IMG/VR virus record: IMGVR_UViG_3300025030_001854
Location: 64,001-128,000 of that record
Length of the DNA: 64,000 bases
Strand: one strand, 5' to 3'
From: a virus
The notes under the pieces are model-generated. The model saw only the letters and a list, made by a program, of their open reading frames with translations, did no database searches and was not told where the DNA came from. Positions 35,575 through 44,851 of the stretch are shown one piece after another. Position 1 is the stretch's first letter; each line of letters starts with the position of its first letter. Both the position numbers and the translations under genes were made by a program.

Positions 35575-36807
35575 ATGGAAAAAACAGTTATTATTACGGG
35601 TGTAAGTGGTCAGGATGGGTCATATATGGCAGAATATTGTCTTAATTTGGGACATAGAGTAATTGGTATGGTTAGACGAACCTCTCAGATGAATGATAAA
35701 AATTACGGTCATTTATTAAATAATCCCTTATTTAAGGTGGAAAGGGGAGATTTAACAGACAGTTCTTCTCTTGATAACATAGTGTCAAAATATAGGCCAG
35801 ATTATTTTATTAATTTAGCGGCTCAATCTTTTGTAGCAGACAGTTGGACTATCCCAGAAGAGACATTTATGGTCGGGGCAGTTGGAGTCTTAAAATGTTT
35901 AGAAGCTATTAGAAAATATGCTCCTTTATGTCGTTTTTATAATGCTGGTTCCTCAGAAGAGTTTGGAGACGTTCTATTCTCCCCACAAGACGAAACTCAT
36001 CCCATGCGGCCAAGGTCGCCCTACGGGGCAGCTAAGTGTGCCGCTAGGCATCTGGTCAAAGTCTATAGAGAATCTTATGGTTTGTATGCTGTCCAAGGCT
36101 ATCTTTTTAATCACGAAAGCGAAAGAAGGGGTTCTCAATTCGTCACTCGAAAAATAACGCAAGGGGTTGCTCGTATTAAAAAAGCATTACTAAATAATGA
36201 ACCTTTTAAACCAATCGAACTTGGAAATGTTTATACTAAAAGGGATTGGTCACACGCTGAAGATTTCATGGATGGTGTCTGGAGAATGCTAAATCAAGAC
36301 AGATATAATATTGAACTTAATGACGAATTAAAATATGTAATTGGTGATAAAAAAACCGTATGGATATATTTAATTAAAAACCTTAAAGAATATGTTTTAG
36401 CTTCTGGAGAAACTCATACTATTGAAGAATTTGTTACTTTGGCTTTTAAACATGCGGGAATAGATGCTTTATGGGTAAATGGAACAACTGTCGAAGATTG
36501 TTTCAAAGGAATATCTTTTGACCCATTAAAAAGTAACTGCGGCATTCGTCAACCAAATGGGGTATATCCGTTTTTAGTTAATATTAGTAAAGAATTTTAT
36601 CGACCCAACGAAGTAGAACTTTTACTCGGAAATCCAAATAAAGCAAAATCCGAATTAGGATGGAAGCCAAAAATTTCATTTGACTCATTAGTAAAACGCA
36701 TGGTATCATGGGACTTATATGAAGCAGGACTCCAACCACAAAGAAATAATACAAAGCAAGAAAAAAGCTCCCAGGAAACTCAGCAATCAACAAAAATTAA
36801 GCAGTAA
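35575..36807 (+). CDS. gmd: GDP-mannose 4,6-dehydratase
   Basis: ITGVSGQDGSY, NLAAQSFV..S, SSEEFG, PRSPYGAAK, LFNHESERRG..FVTRKI, RDWSHA.D, YRP.EV.LL.G. Confidence 0.93.
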   Translation: MEKTVIITGVSGQDGSYMAEYCLNLGHRVIGMVRRTSQMNDKNYGHLLNNPLFKVERGDLTDSSSLDNIVSKYRPDYFINLAAQSFVADSWTIPEETFMVGAVGVLKCLEAIRKYAPLCRFYNAGSSEEFGDVLFSPQDETHPMRPRSPYGAAKCAARHLVKVYRESYGLYAVQGYLFNHESERRGSQFVTRKITQGVARIKKALLNNEPFKPIELGNVYTKRDWSHAEDFMDGVWRMLNQDRYNIELNDELKYVIGDKKTVWIYLIKNLKEYVLASGETHTIEEFVTLAFKHAGIDALWVNGTTVEDCFKGISFDPLKSNCGIRQPNGVYPFLVNISKEFYRPNEVELLLGNPNKAKSELGWKPKISFDSLVKRMVSWDLYEAGLQPQRNNTKQEKSSQETQQSTKIKQ

Positions 36808-37141
36808 ATTTTTAACGTGTGAATTCTTGCCCAAAACTCCCTCCTTTTGGGCGGGACAGATGAAGATTGTTAATGGTTTAATTAAAAAATATGGATTAGA
36901 ATTTCTATTTTGGTGTCCTAAACCTAACAATTATAAAATTACTTCTATGGTTTGGTTTCTCACAGAAGAAGGGAAACATTTTTTGTCAGACCAATTACTT
37001 GAATATAGTAAACAAAATACTAATCTATCTATTGACCCCATAAAGGTTGACCTAAAAGAAACTAAACTCGGCGAAGATATTATATTAGATAAAAAACCCA
37101 AAACTCTTAAAGAATTTTTAAATTATGGCAAAGAAAGATAA
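36719..37141 (+). CDS. hypothetical protein
   Basis: 140 aa, bridging gmd and the recA-like gene with overlaps on both sides. Confidence 0.6.
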   Translation: MKQDSNHKEIIQSKKKAPRKLSNQQKLSSKFLTCEFLPKTPSFWAGQMKIVNGLIKKYGLEFLFWCPKPNNYKITSMVWFLTEEGKHFLSDQLLEYSKQNTNLSIDPIKVDLKETKLGEDIILDKKPKTLKEFLNYGKER

Positions 37142-38342
37142 AATTGAACAACCAGTAGATACATCTCAATTATCCAAGAATTTCCTATCAGCTATGCTGA
37201 ATGGGTATAAAGATTCTCATTTTAATTTTGATTGTCAAAATCCAGTTATTATTAGTTCTGGTTCATTAAAATTAGATAACTATATTAAAGTAAAATCGGG
37301 TATGATATTAAGGATGGGTGGCCCAGCCGAAACAGGAAAGACCTCTCAATCTTTACTTTTTGCAGATAATTATATGAAGTCTTTGCCTAAAGCTAAGACT
37401 ATTTATATTAATGCCGAAGCTAAACTAAGCGAAGAACTAAGAAAAAGGACATCTTTAAAATTTGTTACTGACCCTAACGAATGGGAATATGGAACAGTTT
37501 TCGTTCTTAATTCTAACTGTTTAGATACAATTTGTGATGTTTTACATGGTCTTTATAAACAAACTCATGAAGCTGGAGAACATTTGGCTTGTGTTATCGA
37601 CAGTGTAGACATGTTAATGTTAGCATCATCTTTAGATAAAAAGATGTCTGAATCTAAAAAACCGGCAGGCATTAATTTCCTAACGAAAGAACTTCTTCGT
37701 CGTTTATCTCACATGATAACTAATTATAATGGTTTCATGATAATGATTACTCAATATAGTGCTACTTTTACCATGAGTATGTATGAGAAAGAAGCCCCAA
37801 ATATCATGGATGGTAATCAAACCCACGCTCTAAATCATCAAGCCTCATATGCTTTATACTATCGACCAAGAGCCGCTAGTCATTATATTTTAGAAACAGA
37901 AGGGGAAAGACCAGACCCAATTAAAAATCCTATTCTTGGTATTAATGTTAAAATTGAAATTAAAAAATCAGCTTCAGATAATACTGGATACACCATTGAA
38001 ATTCCTATTAAAAAGGGAAAAGTGGGTAATGCTATTTGGGTAGAAAAAGAACTTTTTGATTCATTATTTTTATTAGGACTAGTATCAAAGAAAGGGGCTT
38101 GGATTGAACTTTCTGATATTGTGACGAAGTGGATTGAAGAAGTTAATCTTCCCATTATTGCTGAAAATGAAGAAATTCAAAAACATAATGAAAAAGCTAA
38201 AGAAGCAGAAAAATTACCACTTAAACCATTAATTGAATATAAGTCTAAGCATCAAGGACTTGTTCAATTTTCTGAATATTTTGAGGCTAATCCTCCTACA
38301 TTAAATATTTTAATTAACAAAATTAAAACTCTTTACTCATGA
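37125..38342 (+). CDS. RecA/UvsX-like recombinase
   Basis: ISSGSLKLD, Walker A GPAETGKT, YINAE, Walker B VIDSV, KKGAW, QG. Confidence 0.85.
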   Translation: MAKKDKIEQPVDTSQLSKNFLSAMLNGYKDSHFNFDCQNPVIISSGSLKLDNYIKVKSGMILRMGGPAETGKTSQSLLFADNYMKSLPKAKTIYINAEAKLSEELRKRTSLKFVTDPNEWEYGTVFVLNSNCLDTICDVLHGLYKQTHEAGEHLACVIDSVDMLMLASSLDKKMSESKKPAGINFLTKELLRRLSHMITNYNGFMIMITQYSATFTMSMYEKEAPNIMDGNQTHALNHQASYALYYRPRAASHYILETEGERPDPIKNPILGINVKIEIKKSASDNTGYTIEIPIKKGKVGNAIWVEKELFDSLFLLGLVSKKGAWIELSDIVTKWIEEVNLPIIAENEEIQKHNEKAKEAEKLPLKPLIEYKSKHQGLVQFSEYFEANPPTLNILINKIKTLYS

Positions 38343-38752
38343 GGCTATTTAATATTAATGGAAAATTAGTTACCAAAAACGTTACCAGATATTTAATTAA
38401 ATGGGATAAAGCATGTAAATCTAAACTCCAATTTAAAGTTAAAAAATTTCTTAGACCTTTTTGGCGTCCATTTATTGTTTATGAAGAATTTCCGGTTTAT
38501 GGAACACTTTTAAAAGTCGATATATTAAACGCTTCATTAAAAGTGGCTATAGAAGTTCAAGGGCCACAACATAATGAGTTTCATTATTTCCATGATGGAA
38601 AACCAGAATTATTCTTAGATTCCGTTAAAAGAGACTGCAAAAAAATGGAATGGTTAGAAAGAAATGGTTTTCAATTAATAGAAATTATGTATAATGAAGT
38701 AGATACACTATCAAAAGAATGGTTTAGACAAAAATTTAATCTTATTCTCTAA
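38339..38752 (+). CDS. DUF559/Vsr-like endonuclease
   Basis: EEFPV...LKVD......AIEVQGPQH....RD..K..WL..NG..LIEI. Confidence 0.72.
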   Translation: MRLFNINGKLVTKNVTRYLIKWDKACKSKLQFKVKKFLRPFWRPFIVYEEFPVYGTLLKVDILNASLKVAIEVQGPQHNEFHYFHDGKPELFLDSVKRDCKKMEWLERNGFQLIEIMYNEVDTLSKEWFRQKFNLIL

Positions 38753-38777
38753 ATAAAATATCTGTGTAAATACAATT

Positions 38778-39041
38778 ATGACAAATCGACAAGGCTCCAT
38801 GCCGAAACATGTATTAAATTTAATAAATGAACATGCTCTTGGTGGATTTGTTTTATATTATTTTAATAGCGAAAATGGACATCCAGAACATATTATGTTT
38901 TTTGAAAGTCCAGCCCACTGTTTAGCATTACAAAAATATATTGGAGATTGGAGTGAGGGTTTAAAACAAGCGTCTATTGAAGCTTCTAAACACTCAATCC
39001 AAGCATTAAGTGAGGGAGAAGAAGACGAAGAAGACGAATAA
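38778..39041 (+). CDS. hypothetical protein with an acidic tail
   Basis: 87 aa ending EGEEDEEDE. Confidence 0.6.
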   Translation: MTNRQGSMPKHVLNLINEHALGGFVLYYFNSENGHPEHIMFFESPAHCLALQKYIGDWSEGLKQASIEASKHSIQALSEGEEDEEDE

Positions 39042-39043
39042 CC

Positions 39044-39075
39044 TTGACAATGAGGCAGTCTTATTCTAGTATAAT
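39044..39075 (+). promoter_or_regulatory. sigma70-type promoter upstream of the helicase
   Basis: TTGACA-17 nt-TAGTAT, with an overlapping TATAAT. Confidence 0.6.
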
Positions 39076-39080
39076 CTACT

Positions 39081-40565
39081 ATGGCCCTTCATTCTCTTCA
39101 AATAGAAAAACACGTTTTAGGAGGTTTAATTCAGAATCCAAACATCATGATAGATGTTATCGGATTTATTTCAGAAAAAGATTTCGTAGCTGAACCTCAT
39201 GGAGTTATTTTTTCCTGCTTAAAACAGATTATCCTTGCTAGTGAAAATGTCGATAAAGTTCTTCTTGCCCAAAAAATAACAGGATTGGGAATCTCTTTCA
39301 AAGACAAAATTAATATCTTTGATTATATTGATGCTATATCATTCTCTAGTATTACTCCAAAAGCAACATTCAAAGCTTGTCAAGAATTATCCAAATTAAA
39401 AGCTCTTAGAGAATTAAGTCATACCTGTAATAAGATTCAACAACACTTAGAAAAATCATCTAATAATCCTCTAGAACAAACTATTGCCGAAGTTGATGCT
39501 TTATACGGAGATAAAGTATCTTCTTTTTCTATTGAAGACGAGCCAGATGATTTATTTTCTGATGTTTATGAAATGATTGAATCATTAGGGAATAATCCTA
39601 ACGAAGAAATAGGACTATTAACTCCATTTAATGATTTTAACCGAATGTATGGTGGCCTTAGAGGCGGAAATGTATATGCCGTGGCATCTAGAGCTGGGCA
39701 AGGAAAAACTACTTGGCTCAACCATTTAGCCTGTGAAACGGGCAGAATTAATAATGTTCCAGCCCTAATATTAGATACAGAAATGGTTTCTAAAGAAATT
39801 AAATTAAGAACAGCCGCAGCATTCTCTGGTGTCCCATTATGGTATCTAGAAACCGGAAATTGGAGAAAAAATGCAGATATGGTAGAAAAAGTAAGAAAAA
39901 TTCTTCCATCTCTAAAAAGTAAATATAAGACTTATCATTATCATGTTGGCAATAAGCATATAGATGAAGTAATGGCCATTATGAGAAGATGGTATTATAA
40001 AATCGTTGGTAGAGGTAACAAGGCTATTATTATTTACGATTATTTAAAACTCACAACGGAAAAGGTAGGACAAAATTGGGCTGAATATCAAGTGTTAGGA
40101 GAAAAGGTAGATAAATTAAAAAGAATAGCCCTAGAATTAGATTTACCCATTTTTTCCGCTATTCAAATTAATAGAACTGGAGAGAATTCTGGAAGAACAT
40201 CGGCAAATGTAGTTGATGATGCTTCTGCTATTGCCATTTCTGATAGATTAGCGTGGTTTGCTACATACTTAGCTATTTTGAGAAGAAAAACAGAAGATGA
40301 AATAGTATTAGATACTCTGGATAGCGGAACCCATAAACTCGTAGAAATTAAAGCTCGATATCAAGGAAGAGAGGCTGCTGGACATAGGGACTTAGTATTA
40401 CGAGAATTCCCAGATGGAAGCAGAAAATATGTAAGAAATTACCTTAATTTTGAGATAAGTAATTTTAATATTGAAGAACGAGGAACTGTCCACGATGCTA
40501 TTCAAAGACAAAATTCTCAATTTCTGGTAACGGATAGTGTTGGTATTAGAGAAGAAACATTATGA
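39081..40565 (+). CDS. dnaB: replicative DNA helicase
   Basis: E..VLGGL N-terminal domain, GGL..G, ASRAGQGKT, DTEM, IYDYL, LK.IA.EL..PI....QINR. Confidence 0.9.
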   Translation: MALHSLQIEKHVLGGLIQNPNIMIDVIGFISEKDFVAEPHGVIFSCLKQIILASENVDKVLLAQKITGLGISFKDKINIFDYIDAISFSSITPKATFKACQELSKLKALRELSHTCNKIQQHLEKSSNNPLEQTIAEVDALYGDKVSSFSIEDEPDDLFSDVYEMIESLGNNPNEEIGLLTPFNDFNRMYGGLRGGNVYAVASRAGQGKTTWLNHLACETGRINNVPALILDTEMVSKEIKLRTAAAFSGVPLWYLETGNWRKNADMVEKVRKILPSLKSKYKTYHYHVGNKHIDEVMAIMRRWYYKIVGRGNKAIIIYDYLKLTTEKVGQNWAEYQVLGEKVDKLKRIALELDLPIFSAIQINRTGENSGRTSANVVDDASAIAISDRLAWFATYLAILRRKTEDEIVLDTLDSGTHKLVEIKARYQGREAAGHRDLVLREFPDGSRKYVRNYLNFEISNFNIEERGTVHDAIQRQNSQFLVTDSVGIREETL

Positions 40566-41461
40566 TTGAAAGTATTAAGGATGTTCTTCATAAAATTGGT
40601 TATTCTCAATTAATAGATAATGGTCAATATTTTCGCACAAAACCATTATATAGAGATTCAGATAACCCGACATCTCTATCTATAGATAAAACTACTGGTG
40701 ATTGGTATGATTTTGGGACAAATACTGGGGGAAAGCTTCTTCAGTTTATTCACCTTCATTCTACCGGCACTTCTATTTTGTCCGTAGATGATTTAAATAA
40801 AGTCCAATCTTTTCAACCAGTAGTTAGTCATCAAGTCGAAATTCAAGAACAAGAAATATTCTCTAAGGATTGTCTGGTTAGATTATTAAAAGATAATTCT
40901 TATTGGAATAATCGAGGAATAAGTAATGAGACTTTGGAAATTTTCAGTGGGGGAGTAGCAATAAAGGGCAAACTTATGAATAGGTATGTTTTTCCTATTT
41001 TTAATGAAAGACATGACCTAGTAGGATTTAGCGGCAGAGCCCTACAAAATTTTAATCCTAAATGGAAACTTCTAGGGAGTAAATCAAAATGGAGTTACCC
41101 TTTAATATTTAATAAACCAGAAATCATCAAAAATAAATATGTAATTTTAGTAGAGAGTATCGGGGATATGTTAGCTTTGTGGGAGGCTGAAATAAAAAAT
41201 GTTTTAGTGTTATTTGGTATAGATATTAGTTCTAGTATTGTTACCTCTCTTATTAAATTAGATGTTAATAAAATCGTTTTAGCGTTAAATAACGACAAAG
41301 ATAATAACTTTATAGGAAATATAGCTAGTGAAAACGGTAAAAAATTTCTTTCTAAGTTTTTTGATGAATCTCAAATTCTAATTTCATTACCTACTTTAAA
41401 AGATTTTGGAGATATGACTGTCGAAGAAATAAATTTATGGAAGACAAACCTACCCCTTTAA
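40562..41461 (+). CDS. dnaG: DnaG-type primase (compact)
   Basis: WYDFG, RGIS, NRYVFPI......VGFSGR, TOPRIM LVESIGD, KDFGD. Confidence 0.82.
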   Translation: MIESIKDVLHKIGYSQLIDNGQYFRTKPLYRDSDNPTSLSIDKTTGDWYDFGTNTGGKLLQFIHLHSTGTSILSVDDLNKVQSFQPVVSHQVEIQEQEIFSKDCLVRLLKDNSYWNNRGISNETLEIFSGGVAIKGKLMNRYVFPIFNERHDLVGFSGRALQNFNPKWKLLGSKSKWSYPLIFNKPEIIKNKYVILVESIGDMLALWEAEIKNVLVLFGIDISSSIVTSLIKLDVNKIVLALNNDKDNNFIGNIASENGKKFLSKFFDESQILISLPTLKDFGDMTVEEINLWKTNLPL

Positions 41462-42489
41462 TAGGATTATCCGCTTCTCGAACAAAACTTTTAGACCAAT
41501 GTTCTTGGCAATATTGGGCAAATTACCATATTCAACTACCTCAAATTCAAAATGAAGGAGCAAAAAAGGGTTCTATTTGTCATTCTGTTTTTGAGGTCTT
41601 GTTAAAAAAGAAACATAAAAAACATTATAAACAGATAATTAAAGAAAATTCTATTATTGGAAGTAAAGCTGTTTATCGAATGGTTCTTCACCATATAAGA
41701 AAATTAAAACTTTCTCTAACTAAAGAATTATTAGTTATGATAGACCAAATGATTATGGTCGGACTAAAAAATGATTTTTTTATTAAAAATGGGAAATTAG
41801 TAGCTCCAGAATTTGAATTTGATTTATCCAACGAATCACCTTGTTATAGAATTAAAGGATTTATGGATAAGCCAGTTATTGTCGGTAATGAAATAATTAT
41901 AGATGATTTTAAATCTTCTAAGAAAAAATTTGAAGGAGAAGACCAAGAATCTAATCTTCAAGCACTAATTTATAGTCTTGCAGCGAAAAAACTTTGGCCA
42001 CATCTATCGCCAAGAGTCAGATTTATTTTTCTACAGTATCCAGATAGTCCGATTATGGAATTAAAATTTACTGACAATGCTTTAAAAGGACTAGAGTTTT
42101 ATTTAGAAGAAATAGAAAAAAAGGTATTATTTTTTAATAAATATGATGCCATGAAAAATTTTGCCGCTCACATTGAACCCTCTCCAAATGAATTTAAAGG
42201 AAAGGTGGTTTGTGGCTATGCTAAAAAACCAGGACAATTAAAAAAAGATGGAACAAAAATGTGGCATTGTCCATATAAATTTCCATTTCAATATTATCGT
42301 GTAAAAATGAAAGACGGGAAAGAAAAGACGTTTTTTACCATAGAAGAAATTCCAAAAGATATAGCATTAGAAATTAAACTAGAACAATATGCTGGTTGTC
42401 CAGCCTTTTTCTCTCCAGCGTTAGACATAAATATTAAACCTCAACCCCCTGTTATAAAAAGAAATGTTTTGGACGATTTCAACTTTTAA
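41437..42489 (+). CDS. PD-(D/E)XK nuclease (RecB/Cas4-like exonuclease)
   Basis: LSASR....C, G...H...E, GFMD, IDDFKS, Q..IY, C-terminal cysteines. Confidence 0.8.
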   Translation: MEDKPTPLIGLSASRTKLLDQCSWQYWANYHIQLPQIQNEGAKKGSICHSVFEVLLKKKHKKHYKQIIKENSIIGSKAVYRMVLHHIRKLKLSLTKELLVMIDQMIMVGLKNDFFIKNGKLVAPEFEFDLSNESPCYRIKGFMDKPVIVGNEIIIDDFKSSKKKFEGEDQESNLQALIYSLAAKKLWPHLSPRVRFIFLQYPDSPIMELKFTDNALKGLEFYLEEIEKKVLFFNKYDAMKNFAAHIEPSPNEFKGKVVCGYAKKPGQLKKDGTKMWHCPYKFPFQYYRVKMKDGKEKTFFTIEEIPKDIALEIKLEQYAGCPAFFSPALDINIKPQPPVIKRNVLDDFNF

Positions 42490-42492
42490 CTC

Positions 42493-42521
42493 TTGACTTT
42501 TGGATAAGAAAAACTTAACAT
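42493..42521 (+). promoter_or_regulatory. sigma70-type promoter for the polymerase genes
   Basis: TTGACT-17 nt-TAACAT, 6 nt before the ATG. Confidence 0.55.
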
Positions 42522-42527
42522 ATACAT

Positions 42528-43307
42528 ATGTATTCTACATTGCCGTTGTTTAAAAGTCACTTTAGTTTGGGTAAAAGTATCCTAACTTTAGAAGCTCCGA
42601 CTTGTAAAGAATCTTATCCTGTTTCTATTTTTGACCTTCTCGTAGCTAATAAATTAAAAATTCTTCCATTGGTTGATGATAATATTAGTGGCTTACTACA
42701 AGCGAGTAAAAACGCCAAAGAAAATAAAATTAAACTAATGTTTGGTTTAAGACTCTTCTTTACCGAAGATTGTTTAAATCAAAATGAGGATTCGCTTAAA
42801 AAGCGGGCAAGATATATAATATTTGCTAAAAATCCAAATGGCTATAAAGACCTACTTCGTCTTTGGTCTTTTGCAGCGAAAGATGGATTTTATTATACTC
42901 CATGTTTAGATTTTAAACAATTGAAAAAATTATGGACAGATAATCTTTCTTTGGTGGTTCCATTTTATGATTCTTTTCTTTATTTAAATACTTTTTATTC
43001 GCACCAACACGTTCCAGATTTTTCTTTTACTTCTCCCGTTTTTCTCCAAGAAGATAATAATTTGCCTTTTGATTCGCTATTATTAAATAGAGTGATAGAC
43101 TTTACTACATCGAAGAAATTCCCAATCATGCCAGCTCAAAGTATCTATTATAAAAATGAAGATGATTTTTTGGCTTATATCACTTTTAGATGTATCCATA
43201 ATCGAGGCCATTCTTCCAAATCGACCGTAGAAAGACCTGAACTAGACCACATGGGAAGTAATACATTTAATTTTAAAAGATGGTTAAAAAATAATCAAAC
43301 CGCATGA
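42528..43307 (+). CDS. stand-alone PHP domain of DNA polymerase III alpha (N-terminal part of a split DnaE)
   Basis: KSHFSLGKS, DDNISG, IKLMFGL, IFAKNPNGYKDL.RL.S, YY...DD. Confidence 0.8.
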   Translation: MYSTLPLFKSHFSLGKSILTLEAPTCKESYPVSIFDLLVANKLKILPLVDDNISGLLQASKNAKENKIKLMFGLRLFFTEDCLNQNEDSLKKRARYIIFAKNPNGYKDLLRLWSFAAKDGFYYTPCLDFKQLKKLWTDNLSLVVPFYDSFLYLNTFYSHQHVPDFSFTSPVFLQEDNNLPFDSLLLNRVIDFTTSKKFPIMPAQSIYYKNEDDFLAYITFRCIHNRGHSSKSTVERPELDHMGSNTFNFKRWLKNNQTA

Positions 43308-43810
43308 AAATATTCGACTTTAATGAACAATTACCTATTGGGAAAACAGGAGAATTAATCTTTTCTCAAATTTATAAGAATTTAAATATCAAATTATCAG
43401 AAGATAAACGGTGGGATTTTGAACTTGGTGATAAAATCAAAATTGAGTTAAAAACCGACACATATAATATGGAAGCTACTGAAAACTTTTTTATGGAATT
43501 ATATAGTGATTCAGATAAGGGAACTTTAGGCGGTCCATGGAGAGCCCTTTCTGATGGGGTTGAATATTTTGTTTATTTTTATATTTCCAATGGAACATTT
43601 TTTTGGTTTAAAACGCAAGAATTATGTAATGCCTTAGAAAATATTATTGCTCAATTTAATTTAAAATTAAAGGCTATCAGTAATAAGGGATGGACTACCC
43701 AAGGATATCTCATAAATAGAGATTTATTAAAAAATGTAATATGTCAATTAGATGTAGTTCCTTCGAATGAACCAAAAACAGACCCAGACGACTCCAACCC
43801 ACCCTTTTAA
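43304..43810 (+). CDS. putative PD-(D/E)XK endonuclease-like protein
   Basis: G..GE, WDF......IELKTD, T.N.F.E. Confidence 0.55.
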   Translation: MKIFDFNEQLPIGKTGELIFSQIYKNLNIKLSEDKRWDFELGDKIKIELKTDTYNMEATENFFMELYSDSDKGTLGGPWRALSDGVEYFVYFYISNGTFFWFKTQELCNALENIIAQFNLKLKAISNKGWTTQGYLINRDLLKNVICQLDVVPSNEPKTDPDDSNPPF

Positions 43811-43811
43811 T

Positions 43812-44459
43812 ATGGAAGATAACCTATTACGATATGATAAAAAATCAGTATTTACTTTTATTGATTTAGAGACATTTAATTTATGTCTTAACTTTATATT
43901 TAATCGCCCTTGGCAAGTTGGGATTATTCAGGTTAAGGGAGATAAAATTATTGACTCCCAAGATATTAGAGTTAAATGGCCAGATTCCCCCCATTTATCT
44001 ATAGGCAGAGAGGCGGCAGTAATTACTAGATTCAATCCAGAAGAACATGAAAAATTAGCTATCTTGCCAGAAGAGGCTTTTAAAATATTTTGGCCAATGC
44101 TTGTAAATTCTGATTATATTATTATGCATAATGGTCTTAGGTTTGATTTATATTTATTAAAGGGATTCGCGGAAATGATGGGTGTCGATTGGAAATTCAT
44201 AATGAACAAGGTGATTGATACTAAATCTGTTGCTCAGGGAATTAAAATGAATATTCCTTATAGAAAAGCAGATGGAACTTTTTTGGAGTATCAATATAGA
44301 ATGGCAAATGCAGTTGTTAAGGGAATTAAAACTAATCTTACCGCTCTTGGAAAAGAATATGGAATAGAACATGATTACGAACAACTCCATCATGCGATTA
44401 ATGATTTGCTATTAAATTTAAAAGTCTGGGATAAGTTAAAATATCAATTGGATTTATGA
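43812..44459 (+). CDS. DEDDh 3'-5' exonuclease (DnaQ/epsilon-like)
   Basis: IDLET, HNG..FD, IDT, LHHAIND; ATG at 43812. Confidence 0.85.
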   Translation: MEDNLLRYDKKSVFTFIDLETFNLCLNFIFNRPWQVGIIQVKGDKIIDSQDIRVKWPDSPHLSIGREAAVITRFNPEEHEKLAILPEEAFKIFWPMLVNSDYIIMHNGLRFDLYLLKGFAEMMGVDWKFIMNKVIDTKSVAQGIKMNIPYRKADGTFLEYQYRMANAVVKGIKTNLTALGKEYGIEHDYEQLHHAINDLLLNLKVWDKLKYQLDL

Positions 44460-44851
44460 ATATTAAATTTAGAATATGGTCTTTTAATCTAAAAGGATGG
44501 ATAAACGATTTATTTCTTGAGAATTTAGGATTCATTTATTCTCAAACTTTAAATAGTTATCTTAAAAACTTACAGTTTAATAAATCTATTTGTATCCAGC
44601 AATTTACTGGCCTAGTAGATAAAAATGGAAAAGAAATTTACGAAGGAGATATTGTAACCACTCATCATTATGATGATTGGGATGATAATGAAGGATTCGA
44701 TGTTATCAACATGGTAAAATGGTGCCCAATTCACGTAGGATGGAGAGGATTTACAAAAGAAATAGAGAAAAAATCTTATGCTGGAAATAAATTATCCAAA
44801 CCGATAACTATCATTGGTAATATTTTCGAAAATCCACAATTATGCAAGTAA
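44456..44851 (+). CDS. YopX-family phage protein
   Basis: IKFRIW, QFTGL.DKNGKEIYEGDI, IIGNIFENPQL. Confidence 0.88.
   Translation: MNIKFRIWSFNLKGWINDLFLENLGFIYSQTLNSYLKNLQFNKSICIQQFTGLVDKNGKEIYEGDIVTTHHYDDWDDNEGFDVINMVKWCPIHVGWRGFTKEIEKKSYAGNKLSKPITIIGNIFENPQLCK

Noticed and set aside
41437-42489. CRISPR-Cas system suggested by the Cas4-like nuclease
   Set aside because: No repeat-spacer array or other cas genes were seen in the window; the context is phage replication.
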